Assembly (NCBI GenBank): GCA_016181175.1
Contig: JACOZV010000003.1
Span: forward strand, 39,773 to 103,772
Direction: 5' to 3'
DNA from: Candidatus Yanofskybacteria bacterium
GTDB lineage: Bacteria > Patescibacteriota > Minisyncoccia > 2-02-FULL-40-12 > IGHO2-01-FULL-4-A
DNA length: 64,000 bases
Both the position numbers and the translations under genes were made by a program. Shown here one piece after another: positions 29,566 through 40,035 of this stretch (its first letter is position 1; every line of letters starts with the position of its first letter). The notes under the pieces are model-generated. The model saw only the letters and a program-made list of their open reading frames with translations, was not told where the DNA came from and ran no database searches.

Positions 29566-30681
29566 ATGGGCACAAAGAAAAACAAAATTAGGGTCGGGGT
29601 TATATTTGGAGGAAAATCGGTTGAGCACGAGGTTTCCTTGCAATCGGCCAAGAATATCATGGAAGCGATTGATAAAAATAAATATGAAATCGTACCGATT
29701 GGAATTGATAAGAATGGCAGATGGCTTCTCAATAGCTCCACAAGGTTTTTGTTAAATGCTAATGATCCCAAACTAATTAAACTTAACAATGAAGCCAATG
29801 TCGCGTTGGCATTATCACCGGGAGAACAAAATAGACAACTTCAAAGTTCGTCTGACAAAATTCAGGCAAAACAAATAGATGTCGCTTTCCCGGTTCTTCA
29901 CGGAACTTTCGGCGAAGATGGCACGATGCAGGGCTTACTAAAATTACTAAATATACCATTCGTCGGTGCGAGCGTATTGGGTTCGGCCGTGGGAATGGAT
30001 AAGGACATCCAGAAACGATTACTGACGGCTGCCGGTATACTAACTGTCAATTTCTTGGTATTTGAAAAGAGTTCAAAAATAAATTTTAAAAATACTGTAA
30101 AACAATTGGGGCTGCCATTTTTTGTAAAACCAGCCAACTCCGGTTCTTCCATCGGAATATCGAGAGTAGATAACCAAAAACAATTCAAAAGTGCCGTAGC
30201 CAAAGCGTTTAAATATGACAGGAAGATTTTAATTGAGGAGTTTATTAAGGGCAGAGAATTAGAGTGTTCGGTACTTGGAAATGATAAGCCAATTGCTTCA
30301 ATTCCTGGCGAGATTGTAGTAAACAATCACGATTTCTATTCTTATGAAGCAAAATATGTTGACGAGAAAGGAGCGATACTTGCGATTCCAGCAAAATTGC
30401 CAAAAAACATAATTAAAAAAATTCAAAACATTGCCGTAAAATCTTTTAAAACCCTCTGCTTAGAAGGTATGGCACGAGTAGATTTCTTTTTAAGAAACGA
30501 CAACGAAGTGATCGTGAATGAATTAAATACCATTCCTGGTTTTACTAAAATCAGCATGTATCCGAAGCTTTGGGAAGCCAGTGGGATATCTTATAAAGAA
30601 CTAATTGATAGGTTGATTATGCTAGCCATTAGACGATTTAACGAAGAAAAGAAACTAAAAACGTCAGTTGACTTGAGCTAA
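29566..30681 (+). CDS. ddl: D-alanine--D-alanine ligase
   Basis: [47 protein letters not shown]. Confidence 0.97.
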   Translation: MGTKKNKIRVGVIFGGKSVEHEVSLQSAKNIMEAIDKNKYEIVPIGIDKNGRWLLNSSTRFLLNANDPKLIKLNNEANVALALSPGEQNRQLQSSSDKIQAKQIDVAFPVLHGTFGEDGTMQGLLKLLNIPFVGASVLGSAVGMDKDIQKRLLTAAGILTVNFLVFEKSSKINFKNTVKQLGLPFFVKPANSGSSIGISRVDNQKQFKSAVAKAFKYDRKILIEEFIKGRELECSVLGNDKPIASIPGEIVVNNHDFYSYEAKYVDEKGAILAIPAKLPKNIIKKIQNIAVKSFKTLCLEGMARVDFFLRNDNEVIVNELNTIPGFTKISMYPKLWEASGISYKELIDRLIMLAIRRFNEEKKLKTSVDLS

Positions 30682-30716
30682 AGCGACGCCTTTATTGGAA
30701 CCGCGCAATGGTTAGT

Positions 30717-30920
30717 GCAAGTCCTTGCCAAAAATTATTCAAAGCGAACCATTATGTCTTATAGCACCGTTGAAAGGGTGGATTGCATGGTCGCCGAGTA
30801 GTAAAATATTCATCACTGCGAGACGAATCCACGCTTTCAACGGAACGTAGAATTCTCGCTGGGAATTCAAGTGGTGATAGAAAACATAATGGCGAGCGAT
30901 AATTTTTGACAAGGGCGAGC
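30717..30920 (+). repeat. structured intergenic element, TCTCGCTGGGA family, copy 1
   Basis: nested inverted repeats; shares boundary motifs and hairpin top with 36469..36637. Confidence 0.7.
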
Positions 30921-30921
30921 C

Positions 30922-33015
30922 TTACCGCATTGTAAGGTTTATGCGTCCCATCTCGTCTATTTGTTTCACGCGTACATGCACGGTTTGGCCAACCTTGAGG
31001 ACATCTGACGGACGGCGGATATGATCTTTTGATATTTCGGAAACATGAACCATTCCTTCCTGGCCGGGCATAAATTCAACAAAAGCACCGAAATCCATAA
31101 GTCGGGTTACCTTACCGTCAAACTCATCACCAGGTTTGGCTTCATAAGTTATCGTTTCAATCCATTTAATCGCTTTTTCCATGCCATCCGGACTATCAGA
31201 GGTTATAAATACCGAGCCGTCCTGCTCAATATCAATTTCAACACCGGTTTTTTCAATTATTTCGTTAATTACCTTGCCCTGTGGGCCGATAACCATTCGG
31301 ATTTTATCCGGATCAATTTTTATAGTTGTAACTCTGGGAGCATATTTAGATAATTCTTCACGCGGCTCTTTGATTGCTTTCGCCATGTGATCAAGTATTT
31401 CTAGTCTTGCTTTACGGGTTTGTTCCAACGCTTTTTCAAGTATTTTTTCGTCTATACCCTCTATTTTCACATCCATTTGCATGGCAGTAACACCGTCCCG
31501 CGTACCCGCCACCTTGAGATCCATGTCACCATGATGATCTTCCGGTCCTTGAATGTCTGTTAGGACCTTATACTTTTCGCCTTTTTCATCAAACATTAAG
31601 CCCATGGCAATACCGGCGGCTGGCGCCTTAATTGGAACCCCTCCGTCCATCATGGCCAGCGATGAACCACAGACAGATGCCATGGAAGAAGACCCATTGG
31701 AGGATAAAATTTCTGAAACTACTCGAATCGTATAGGGGAATTCGTCTTTGCTTGGTATCAACGGCTCAAGAGCGCGTTCAGCTAGGGCTCCGTGGCCTAT
31801 TTCTCGCCGGCCAGCCCCACCCATGCGTCCGGTTTCACCGACACTGAATGGCGGAAAAACATAATGATGCATAAACCTCTTCTTGGTAAGCTCAATCTCC
31901 ATCGTCTCTATCCATTGCTCCATTCCGGGAGCAGCCAAAGTCAAACTGGATAATGCTTGCGTTGTGCCACGATTAAACAAACCCGTGCCATGCGAGTGGG
32001 GGAGTATTCCAACTTCAGCGCTTATATCTCGCAATTCGTCAATCTTACGACCATCAGGACGCTTTTCACTTTCAAGAATATTTTTGTGCACAATCCTGTC
32101 AATTTCCTCTTCAAAAATTACATTGGCTTCTTTGAGTTTTTTACTTAAATCGGGATGATCGGTATATTGAGCGGCAATATACCCAGCCAGTTCGTCTTGG
32201 GCTTTGTGCAAACCCTCAACATACTCAAGTTTGTGGGGAGTGTACAAAACTTTCTCAAGCTTTGGACTGACAAAATCTCTGACCACTTTAGCTAACGCCT
32301 CGTCACGGCTAAAAACCGCCAGTTCCCGCTTTTTGGGAGCAATTTCTTCGGCAATTTTCCATTGCAACTTAATAAGCGCCTTCAGTTCTTTATGCGCCTT
32401 GGCCACCGCTTCTACAATGTCTTTTTCCGGCACTATTTTAGCACCGGTTTCAATCATGTTTATCTTGTTTTCAGTACCGGCAACCACGATATCAAAATCA
32501 CTTAGTTTGCGTTCTTCATAGCTGGGGTTAAATACCAATTTTCCATCCACTCTTCCGACACGAGCCGCAGCAACAGGCCCGTCAAAAGGAATATCGGAAA
32601 TCATTAGAGCCAGTGAAGCCCCGAAAAGCGCCGGAATATCAGGGTCGTTTATAGCGTCAAAAGACAGGATAGTAGCAATAACCTGGACTTCGTTTCTTAT
32701 ATTGTGGTCAAACCTTGGCCTTAGTGAACGATCAATTAAACGCGCCGACAAAATAGCCTCTTCCGAGGGTCGAGTCTCGCGTTTAATCCATTTTGAACCT
32801 TTAATTTTACCGGCAGCGTAATACTTCTCTTCGTAGTCTAGGGTCAGCGGAAAATAATCAACATCCTTGGTATGCGCTGACATAGTAGCGGTCACCAAAA
32901 TGGTTGTTTCACCATATTGAATACGACAAGAACCGTTGGCCTGCCCTGCCAATTTACCAATTTCAATCTGAAGAGGCTTTCCAGCAAACTCTTCTTTATA
33001 GGTTTTTACTGACAT
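30922..33015 (-). CDS. pnp: polyribonucleotide nucleotidyltransferase
   Basis: two RNase PH domains (RREIGHG, SNGSSSMAS, GDMDLKVAG) plus KH and S1. Confidence 0.98.
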   Translation of the reverse strand: MSVKTYKEEFAGKPLQIEIGKLAGQANGSCRIQYGETTILVTATMSAHTKDVDYFPLTLDYEEKYYAAGKIKGSKWIKRETRPSEEAILSARLIDRSLRPRFDHNIRNEVQVIATILSFDAINDPDIPALFGASLALMISDIPFDGPVAAARVGRVDGKLVFNPSYEERKLSDFDIVVAGTENKINMIETGAKIVPEKDIVEAVAKAHKELKALIKLQWKIAEEIAPKKRELAVFSRDEALAKVVRDFVSPKLEKVLYTPHKLEYVEGLHKAQDELAGYIAAQYTDHPDLSKKLKEANVIFEEEIDRIVHKNILESEKRPDGRKIDELRDISAEVGILPHSHGTGLFNRGTTQALSSLTLAAPGMEQWIETMEIELTKKRFMHHYVFPPFSVGETGRMGGAGRREIGHGALAERALEPLIPSKDEFPYTIRVVSEILSSNGSSSMASVCGSSLAMMDGGVPIKAPAAGIAMGLMFDEKGEKYKVLTDIQGPEDHHGDMDLKVAGTRDGVTAMQMDVKIEGIDEKILEKALEQTRKARLEILDHMAKAIKEPREELSKYAPRVTTIKIDPDKIRMVIGPQGKVINEIIEKTGVEIDIEQDGSVFITSDSPDGMEKAIKWIETITYEAKPGDEFDGKVTRLMDFGAFVEFMPGQEGMVHVSEISKDHIRRPSDVLKVGQTVHVRVKQIDEMGRINLTMR

Positions 33016-33213
33016 CTAAAATCCGACAGAATAGAAGAGAAGAGAGTGACTTGGAGTCAGACCACAGCCATCGAATTGCCGATAACTTTGGCCTAAACCT
33101 AAGCCCTGCGCACCTTTTGTCCTTCTCTGCTTTTCTATTTAGTTGTAATTATTAAAATTTCAAATTTTAATCTAGCATATTTTAATCGGAAAAGCCAATC
33201 TTTAAAATTAGAA

Positions 33214-33753
33214 TCAGTAGATCAAAAACTTCTTTGGGTCGTCGCCCAAGTCGGTAAAAACATCGGCGACTTCTTTGAGTTTGGCCGAGGTACTACGGCC
33301 AAATGATATGACTTCCACTTTGAGACCTTGCGAAATGCGAAGATATTCAACTAGCGGGATAAAATCGCCATCACCGGTTACAAGCACCGCCACATCAATT
33401 TTGTCAGCCAGTATCACCGCATCCATGGCCAAACCGACATCCCAATCGGCCTTTTTCATACCGCCGGGAAATATCTGGAGATCTTTTTCTTTGATCTCGT
33501 AGCCGCCCTTTTCAAGCGCTTCAAAAAAGGCTTTCTCTTCACCAGATTCAGTCCTGATAACATAGATAAAGGCGCGTATTAAGCGCCGATTGCCAACGGC
33601 CGTTTCAAGGACTTTTTTAAAATTTAACTTGGCCTTGTAAAGATTCTTGGCCGAATGGTACATATTCTGCGCGTCAACAAAAACACCGACTCTCTGGTGT
33701 TCTGAAGTTACATCGTGAGACTTACTAGTATTTTTGTGTTTGCGCTCGGCCAA
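33214..33753 (-). CDS. NYN domain (LabA/DUF88) PIN-like protein
   Basis: VFVDAQN, KADWDVGLAMD, LVTGDGDF. Confidence 0.92.
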   Translation of the reverse strand: MAERKHKNTSKSHDVTSEHQRVGVFVDAQNMYHSAKNLYKAKLNFKKVLETAVGNRRLIRAFIYVIRTESGEEKAFFEALEKGGYEIKEKDLQIFPGGMKKADWDVGLAMDAVILADKIDVAVLVTGDGDFIPLVEYLRISQGLKVEVISFGRSTSAKLKEVADVFTDLGDDPKKFLIY

Positions 33754-33755
33754 AA

Positions 33756-34022
33756 TTATTTCTTTAATCCTAAGTCTTTTACAATTTTTGCGTATCTTGT
33801 TGGCGACTCCTTTTTTAGGTAATCCAAAAGACGTTTGCGCTTGGCAACCATTTTCAAAAGGCCGGTGCGTGAACTGTTGTCCTTTGAATGTTTTTTGAGA
33901 TGCTTGGCTAAAGCCTCTATTTCCTCGGAAAATAAAGCAATCTGCACTTCTGCAGAACCGGTATCCCCCTCATGAATGGCATGTTTGCTGACTATCTTTA
34001 GTTTTGTCTTGGGGTTTAACAC
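33756..34022 (-). CDS. rpsO: 30S ribosomal protein S15
   Basis: DTGSAEVQIA, HSKDNSSRTGLLKMV. Confidence 0.97.
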   Translation of the reverse strand: MLNPKTKLKIVSKHAIHEGDTGSAEVQIALFSEEIEALAKHLKKHSKDNSSRTGLLKMVAKRKRLLDYLKKESPTRYAKIVKDLGLKK

Positions 34023-34263
34023 GTTAAGTCCTTATACGCTTTTCGCCACGAAGCCCATAAGATTTTGGGCTTATCGTGGCTCAAAGCCATAGGCGGTTTA
34101 GCCAATTTCTTCGTTAAGCACTCCGGTGCTCCCTCAACGTAGTTATACTACGTCTCGGTTTGCTCCTCGTGCTTGCCTTGAACTTGGCTAAACGCAAAAG
34201 TCCTAATAAATTTAATGATAACACATATTTAAAAAATAAAAAAGCCCCTTAGCGGTGGCTTTA

Positions 34264-35454
34264 TTAATAGCGGCTCTTTAACAAGTAATCGACCTTCTCA
34301 AGAAATATAATTGTTTCGTCTGTTTTGCCTAATTTACGAAGGGCAACACGCCAATCCTGACCCGTCTTTGTGCGTTTAATCGCTTTAATTACCCGCCCAA
34401 TACCACAATTGTGGGCGGCATATAAATAATGATCGAGTTTTTCATCATCCAATATTTTTTCACCAAATACTTTTTTTAGTTCGTTAAGATTATAGTCATA
34501 GAGCAGTATTGCGGCCATTATTGACTCTATGTGCTGCATTGCGCCAACATTAAACTCTGGCAACTTAGCTAAGGGATATTTCTTCTTGATAATATTCCAC
34601 GTCCCCCTTGTAAACTGCGTAAGACCTACAGCACCGGCATAATTGTAGGTAGAAAACGCCCCTTCGCCGTTACCTGCAAGCAAAATCTTAACTCTATCAA
34701 ACGGATTGAATTTTAAAGTTCCTGACTTAAAAGCATAAAATTCCTGTGGATCTGTTAATTCCACTAAAACAAGGTTTATGGGAAATAAGAAGCTCATCGT
34801 TTCACTTACCTTTTTATCCGAATTTGCCAAAGATATGACACCTAAAGAATGTAGCTCTGCAACGGCAGCGACAAAATGACCCTCAAGGTGAAAGTCGCCC
34901 ATCTTAATTAATTCATCTTGATGAAGACTAGTAGAGTAAGGAAAATAAATGCGTTCCGCTGGTTTACCGCTTACAAGGTCGATCCAGCCATTAGCAATCA
35001 CTATCCACCCATCGGGTGCAACAACGCGAAAGGCGGTATTCCTGCCATTCCAGGTTATGCCATTTACCCTCGGCTCAATTTCAACCGTAAATTCTTTATC
35101 TAGATTAAAAAGTTTTTGGCCTTCTTTCCTAATTTTAATAAGCTTTATTTCGCCCGTTTCTGTATTCATTAATACCAGGCCAGCTTCTTTCCAGGCATAA
35201 TCTGTCCTTTTTGTGGTTAAAATTTTGGATTTTTTCTTCTTGACTTGTGCTGGTAATTTTCTTGTTTCCTTATAAGTTACTATTTTGACGCTGTGCTTCA
35301 ATTCCACATTTTTAAGCATCTGTTTTGCTTCATCAATTTTATCAAGCCAGCTGTATTTTTTTTCTTGAGCTTCGGCTCTGGAACAATAATGCACAGATAA
35401 TGAAAAAACCACCAAAGTAGCAAATAACAAAATCCTCGCACGTAATTTGTTCAT
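34264..35454 (-). CDS. exported lysozyme-like/lytic transglycosylase domain protein
   Basis: signal peptide; AGAVGLTQFTRGTW and AAHNCG resemble SLT motifs. Confidence 0.72.
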   Translation of the reverse strand: MNKLRARILLFATLVVFSLSVHYCSRAEAQEKKYSWLDKIDEAKQMLKNVELKHSVKIVTYKETRKLPAQVKKKKSKILTTKRTDYAWKEAGLVLMNTETGEIKLIKIRKEGQKLFNLDKEFTVEIEPRVNGITWNGRNTAFRVVAPDGWIVIANGWIDLVSGKPAERIYFPYSTSLHQDELIKMGDFHLEGHFVAAVAELHSLGVISLANSDKKVSETMSFLFPINLVLVELTDPQEFYAFKSGTLKFNPFDRVKILLAGNGEGAFSTYNYAGAVGLTQFTRGTWNIIKKKYPLAKLPEFNVGAMQHIESIMAAILLYDYNLNELKKVFGEKILDDEKLDHYLYAAHNCGIGRVIKAIKRTKTGQDWRVALRKLGKTDETIIFLEKVDYLLKSRY

Positions 35455-35556
35455 GTTTGCCTTGTTAATTTTTAAAAAACTATTTAGGAAATAGTAGCAA
35501 TTTTTGTGAATAAATCAAATTAATAATGTGCGACATATCTGTGCTATAATAGCTTC

Positions 35557-36468
35557 ATGACCATCAAAGACCTCAAAACACAATTTCTAGAATATCTGGA
35601 GATAGAAAAAAACCGTTCAGCAAAAACGGTTGAAAACTACAATCACTACCTAGTTAGGTTTATTAATTTCGCCAAAATGGGACGGCCGGAAGAAATTACC
35701 GAAGAACTTATCAGAAAATATCGGCTCTACTTAAACAGATTAAACGATGGCGGTGATAAACCGCTAAAGAAGGTCACCCAAAATTATCACATCATTGCCC
35801 TGCGGGCGTTTCTTAAATATCTGGCCAAACGTGATATCAAAACTGTTTCAGCGGAAAAAGTAGAGCTTGGCAAACAGGAAGAACGTCAGGTTACGTTTCT
35901 GGAACCGCAAGAATTGGAAAGATTTTTAAAAACGCCGGCGGGTACGGCTCTGGCTGACTTACGTGACCGTGCAATACTTGAAACACTTTTCTCCACCGGT
36001 CTTCGTGTCTCTGAACTATGCTCTTTAAATCGAACTGATATAGACGTAAAAAGAGGGGAGTTTGGAGTGCGTGGCAAAGGCAGTAAGATACGGGTAGTCT
36101 TCCTGTCCGATACTGCAAGGATGGCCCTTGTAACTTACCTGAATAAACGTCCGGATGCCGATGAAGCGTTATTCATTCGCATACCGCAGAATGAAAAACT
36201 GGAGAAATATGAAAAACTAAGACTTACTCCGCGCAGTATCCAACGTATTATCAAAAAATATGCCATTGTTGCTGGCATTGTTGGCAAGAGGGTTAGCCCT
36301 CACAGCTTGCGCCACTCGTTTGCCACCGACCTTTTGCGCAATGGCGCCGATATCCGCTCCGTCCAAGCTATGCTAGGCCACTCCTCTGTAACCACTACCC
36401 AAATTTATACCCATGTCACAGACAAACAGTTAAGAGAGGTACATGAGAAATTTCACGGAAAAAAATAG
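35557..36468 (+). CDS. XerC/D-family tyrosine recombinase
   Basis: TGLRVSEL, GKGSKIR, SPHSLRHSFAT, LGHSSVTTTQIY. Confidence 0.96.
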   Translation: MTIKDLKTQFLEYLEIEKNRSAKTVENYNHYLVRFINFAKMGRPEEITEELIRKYRLYLNRLNDGGDKPLKKVTQNYHIIALRAFLKYLAKRDIKTVSAEKVELGKQEERQVTFLEPQELERFLKTPAGTALADLRDRAILETLFSTGLRVSELCSLNRTDIDVKRGEFGVRGKGSKIRVVFLSDTARMALVTYLNKRPDADEALFIRIPQNEKLEKYEKLRLTPRSIQRIIKKYAIVAGIVGKRVSPHSLRHSFATDLLRNGADIRSVQAMLGHSSVTTTQIYTHVTDKQLREVHEKFHGKK

Positions 36469-36637
36469 CACTCGCCATATTACCTTTTGGGAACTTCAAA
36501 AATCCCAGCGAGATTTTTTCATCTTTTGTGATTGCCGCCATTTGTCAAGATGTTCCCCTTCGACAAGCTCAGGGTCAATCATTGACAAAACCATGCTGGC
36601 GGCAACCCCAGAAGTCCCAAAAGGCAATATGGCTCGC
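36469..36637 (-). repeat. structured intergenic element, TCTCGCTGGGA family, copy 2, with nested REP-like palindrome
   Basis: outer inverted repeat GCCATATTACCTTTTGGGA/TCCCAAAAGGCAATATGGC; inner CCCCTTCGACAAGCTCAGGG at 36555-74. Confidence 0.7.
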
Positions 36638-36720
36638 TTCTACGTAAAAAGGATTGCAAAGTTACTTTTTAGTTGTTACTATATTAAAACTTCTTTGAAA
36701 TATAAACGAGGTATGAAAAA

Positions 36721-37068
36721 ATGCCTACAAAAATAGGCGAGGAAAAAAATTATCTTTGTGCCATTTGCAGAAAAAATCAGATAAGCAAAAAACGTATATG
36801 TGAATTATTTGAAGGCGGAGGCGGCTTTGATGGGGATATATTTGGTTTTGATCCTATTTCTTATACCGACTACCGCATAGAAGGCGGCAAATTGTTTGCA
36901 GAAAGACCAGACCTATTTTGGGAATCTGATACTAAAAGAAAGCTAGACGAATTATTAAAAACCCCAAAAAAAGAACCGCCGATTGGCGGGATTTGTACCG
37001 AATGCTTAAAAAATCCGATAGTGCTCTCACTTATGGAACACATACAATTTGAAAACAAAAGCCGATAA
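36721..37068 (+). CDS. hypothetical protein with two CxxC pairs
   Basis: CAIC ... CTEC; 115 aa. Confidence 0.6.
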   Translation: MPTKIGEEKNYLCAICRKNQISKKRICELFEGGGGFDGDIFGFDPISYTDYRIEGGKLFAERPDLFWESDTKRKLDELLKTPKKEPPIGGICTECLKNPIVLSLMEHIQFENKSR

Positions 37069-37096
37069 TTATCGGCTTTTTTTATTAATCAACGAT

Positions 37097-39082
37097 TCAT
37101 GGCGTAGCAGTTTTTACCCTGATAGTCGCAAAAGAACGCGCAGAACCACCAGGAGAAGTAACTGTGTAATAAAAAGTGTAAGTATATCCGGCCTGTCTTG
37201 GATCAATTATCGCGGGACCCAGCGATCCGCCACTGCCCGGACTAAAATAGGGAACTTGTCCGCTACAGTTACCAAGCGGATCGCAAGTTTGTCCGGACGG
37301 ACCCAGAACCGCGAGATCAAATCTGTAAAAAGTTCCCTCTACACTTGACCACTTGTAGGTTATTTGATCGCCCGCTTTTACCGTTATGTCAACGGAAGAA
37401 TTTGCTGAAAAATTGGCCGCTGGAGTCCTCGCGTAAACAGTGGTTTCAGCAAAAACAACGGGAATATCGCCTTCGGGGTAATAAATCAGAAGCACTCCAG
37501 TTGCATTACCGGCATTGACGGTTATCTTCTCCTCACCCTGGTAGTTCGTAAGTTCTCTTAATGTACCACCGTTAAAATTGTCATATAAGTAAACTTGCCA
37601 TCCCCTCGGCTCAACTGTGTAACCCACTGTAACTTCACAGCTTTGTTGGTCAACTACAATGCTGCAAGCAAAAGTTTCTTGACTAAAAAATCCGAAAACT
37701 GGCAACCGGTTATCAATACTTGCAAAAGACGTATAAGCGCGAACCATGCCCCAACCTGTTTCGTCATCGCGACCGCCAGGAGGAACATCATCAGCGGTTT
37801 TTGCGAGAATTTTCCTGATCTCTTCCGGATCTCGGATGCCAGCCGTCATCAATAAACCAGCTAACCCGCTAACAACGGCTGTGGCCGGCGATGTGCCGGT
37901 CATAATATACATTTTATAATAGGGAATACCCGTCAGGTCGTTTATTTCATTTATCCAACCCTCAACAACAATCCCATCGGAACGATTATTTTTATCCAGA
38001 TCTTCATCTAGATCGCCCACTGGAACCATAATTTCTGTTTCCGGGCCATAGTTGGAATATGGGGCTCTCTTTTTTTCGCGAGCTCTTGCATCCGGAAACG
38101 TTGTCGCGCCAACCGCAATAACTTCCGGAAACGCGGCCGGGAAAATGACCCTGTTTGTGCCATCATTACCGCTCGCGGCAACAAATGTTATTTTTTTTAC
38201 TGACGAACCGTATTCAACGTAATATTTGATAAGGGGGTCTTCCACTTTAGTGCCTAGCGCTAAATTCACTATCTCATTTCCCAGCCCCTCGCTTCTGTTT
38301 ACAATTTCTCCGATGGCGGCAGCGATAGCAAAAGTTGAACCGCTTCCATTTTTACCAAGCACACGCCAAATATGGAACTTGGCTCGCGGCACTATTCCTG
38401 CTCCACCATGACCATTATTAGTCTTTGCCGCAATGATACCCAACATAAATGTACCGTGCAGGCCCATACCGTATGGTGAAGAGCACGGGTTATCGTCAAA
38501 ATCAATATAATCTTTCTCCGGTATAATATTACCGGAATCGACGTCAGGGTGATCGCACCCGCCGCCGCTGTCTACGATGTGAATGTGGATGTCTTCTCCC
38601 CTTGTTTCATCTCGTCCCAGTTCAAAGCCGTATCTTTTATATACAGTATCCATACCGATAAAACGCAGGTGAACCTGTATAGGGTAGTACGGATCGTTGG
38701 GGGGAGCGATGTCGGACAACGCTTGGCCGGCAGACGGTTGCCCTTGTTCCACAATGTCAGTGCCAACCGCTTTATAGACAAAGTCTGGTTGGGCATATTC
38801 CACATCGGGCAAACCCTGAACATACTGAAGCATATCTTCCACCTGGATACGCTTATCAAAAGACAATGGGTACACGGAGGGAGAATCGTTACGTTTATAG
38901 ACAATCCTGCCAGATAAAAATTTATCCTCTTTTCCTTTTAAAGATTTACTGGCTATTAATGCCTCCGTATTCATTTTGTGCAAAGAAATTTCTTTTTGTT
39001 GAGCAAAACTAAAGCTTACAAACGATACAAAATATATTAGAAAACAAACACTACAAAAAAGTTTTTTAATTCGCGTTTTCAT
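37097..39082 (-). CDS. secreted S8 subtilisin-like serine protease
   Basis: signal peptide and propeptide; VDSG, HGT, AASGN, GTS catalytic motifs; beta-rich C-terminal extension. Confidence 0.93.
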   Translation of the reverse strand: MKTRIKKLFCSVCFLIYFVSFVSFSFAQQKEISLHKMNTEALIASKSLKGKEDKFLSGRIVYKRNDSPSVYPLSFDKRIQVEDMLQYVQGLPDVEYAQPDFVYKAVGTDIVEQGQPSAGQALSDIAPPNDPYYPIQVHLRFIGMDTVYKRYGFELGRDETRGEDIHIHIVDSGGGCDHPDVDSGNIIPEKDYIDFDDNPCSSPYGMGLHGTFMLGIIAAKTNNGHGGAGIVPRAKFHIWRVLGKNGSGSTFAIAAAIGEIVNRSEGLGNEIVNLALGTKVEDPLIKYYVEYGSSVKKITFVAASGNDGTNRVIFPAAFPEVIAVGATTFPDARAREKKRAPYSNYGPETEIMVPVGDLDEDLDKNNRSDGIVVEGWINEINDLTGIPYYKMYIMTGTSPATAVVSGLAGLLMTAGIRDPEEIRKILAKTADDVPPGGRDDETGWGMVRAYTSFASIDNRLPVFGFFSQETFACSIVVDQQSCEVTVGYTVEPRGWQVYLYDNFNGGTLRELTNYQGEEKITVNAGNATGVLLIYYPEGDIPVVFAETTVYARTPAANFSANSSVDITVKAGDQITYKWSSVEGTFYRFDLAVLGPSGQTCDPLGNCSGQVPYFSPGSGGSLGPAIIDPRQAGYTYTFYYTVTSPGGSARSFATIRVKTATP

Positions 39083-39130
39083 TACCTATCTGCTTTCCTG
39101 TTTTTAATGTACCGTCTTCTACATCACAAC

Positions 39131-39832
39131 TTACATGTTATTTAAATAAATGCCAAGTTCGTTTTTGAGAATACGGTTTACTTCCTCAACAGGATCTTTC
39201 GCGCTTAGTATCTGCCGCCCCATAACAATATAATCAGCACCCCTATTTATCGCGACTTTTGGGGTGGAAATACGTTTTTGGTCCCCTGGATCAGCACCAG
39301 ATGAACGTATTCCGGGCACAACAAGAGTAAACTTGGGGAATCTTCCGCGCAATTCACTTACTTCTTCGGACGAACACACTAATCCATCAGCGCCCGCATT
39401 TTTAGCAATTTGTGCCAATTCCATAACTTGCTCCGCCGGTTTTCTGTGATAGATCTCCTCGCAGGTTTTGGGGTCAATTGAAGAAAGAACCGTTACAACC
39501 AGCACCTTGGTTCCCACACTTTGCAATTCTTTACAGGCCACCTCAATCATCTCCTTGCCGCCAGAACCATGCACTGTAACTGCCCACGGGGGACAGGCAC
39601 GCAAATTGCGGCAAGTATTGGCAACTGTATTAGGAATATCATGGCATTTAAGGTCAGCCATAACGCGTCCGTAAACAGAAAGTTTTGGCAATAAATTTCT
39701 AAAACCTTCTCTGAAAAGTAGATCATTAACCTTCAAGATGCAGCCGGTGGTTCTAAGTTTATCAACGACAGGCAAAACTTGATCCCAGCTCATGCCATCC
39801 AAAGCTACAATTATAGGATTTTTTATTGACAT
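39131..39832 (-). CDS. pyrF: orotidine-5'-phosphate decarboxylase
   Basis: IVALD, DLKCHDIPNTV, PGIR, DQKR, GRQI. Confidence 0.96.
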   Translation of the reverse strand: MSIKNPIIVALDGMSWDQVLPVVDKLRTTGCILKVNDLLFREGFRNLLPKLSVYGRVMADLKCHDIPNTVANTCRNLRACPPWAVTVHGSGGKEMIEVACKELQSVGTKVLVVTVLSSIDPKTCEEIYHRKPAEQVMELAQIAKNAGADGLVCSSEEVSELRGRFPKFTLVVPGIRSSGADPGDQKRISTPKVAINRGADYIVMGRQILSAKDPVEEVNRILKNELGIYLNNM

Positions 39833-40035
39833 TTAAAGTATTATATCAAAATCTAAGCAAAAATACCTTTTGGGAACGTGGAATTTTAGTAAAAAAGAGG
39901 AGCAGGTATTTCCTGCTCCTATGAGCCGATAGATATCGACTCTTTTTAATTTCTGGAAAAAGATTGACCTTTCCCTTTTGGTTTGTGGTTTGTGCCGTTG
40001 GACTTCTTTGTCAATTGTGGCAAATCAGAATTTGG

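Noticed and set aside
35557-36468. Tyrosine recombinase as a phage or island integrase
   Set aside because: Its size and motifs fit a housekeeping XerC/D, it has a core-type leaderless start, and there is no att site or phage gene nearby.
39915-40035. Possible gene fragment (QILICHN*QR) downstream of the FN3 protein
   Set aside because: Too short and interrupted to support without a homology search.
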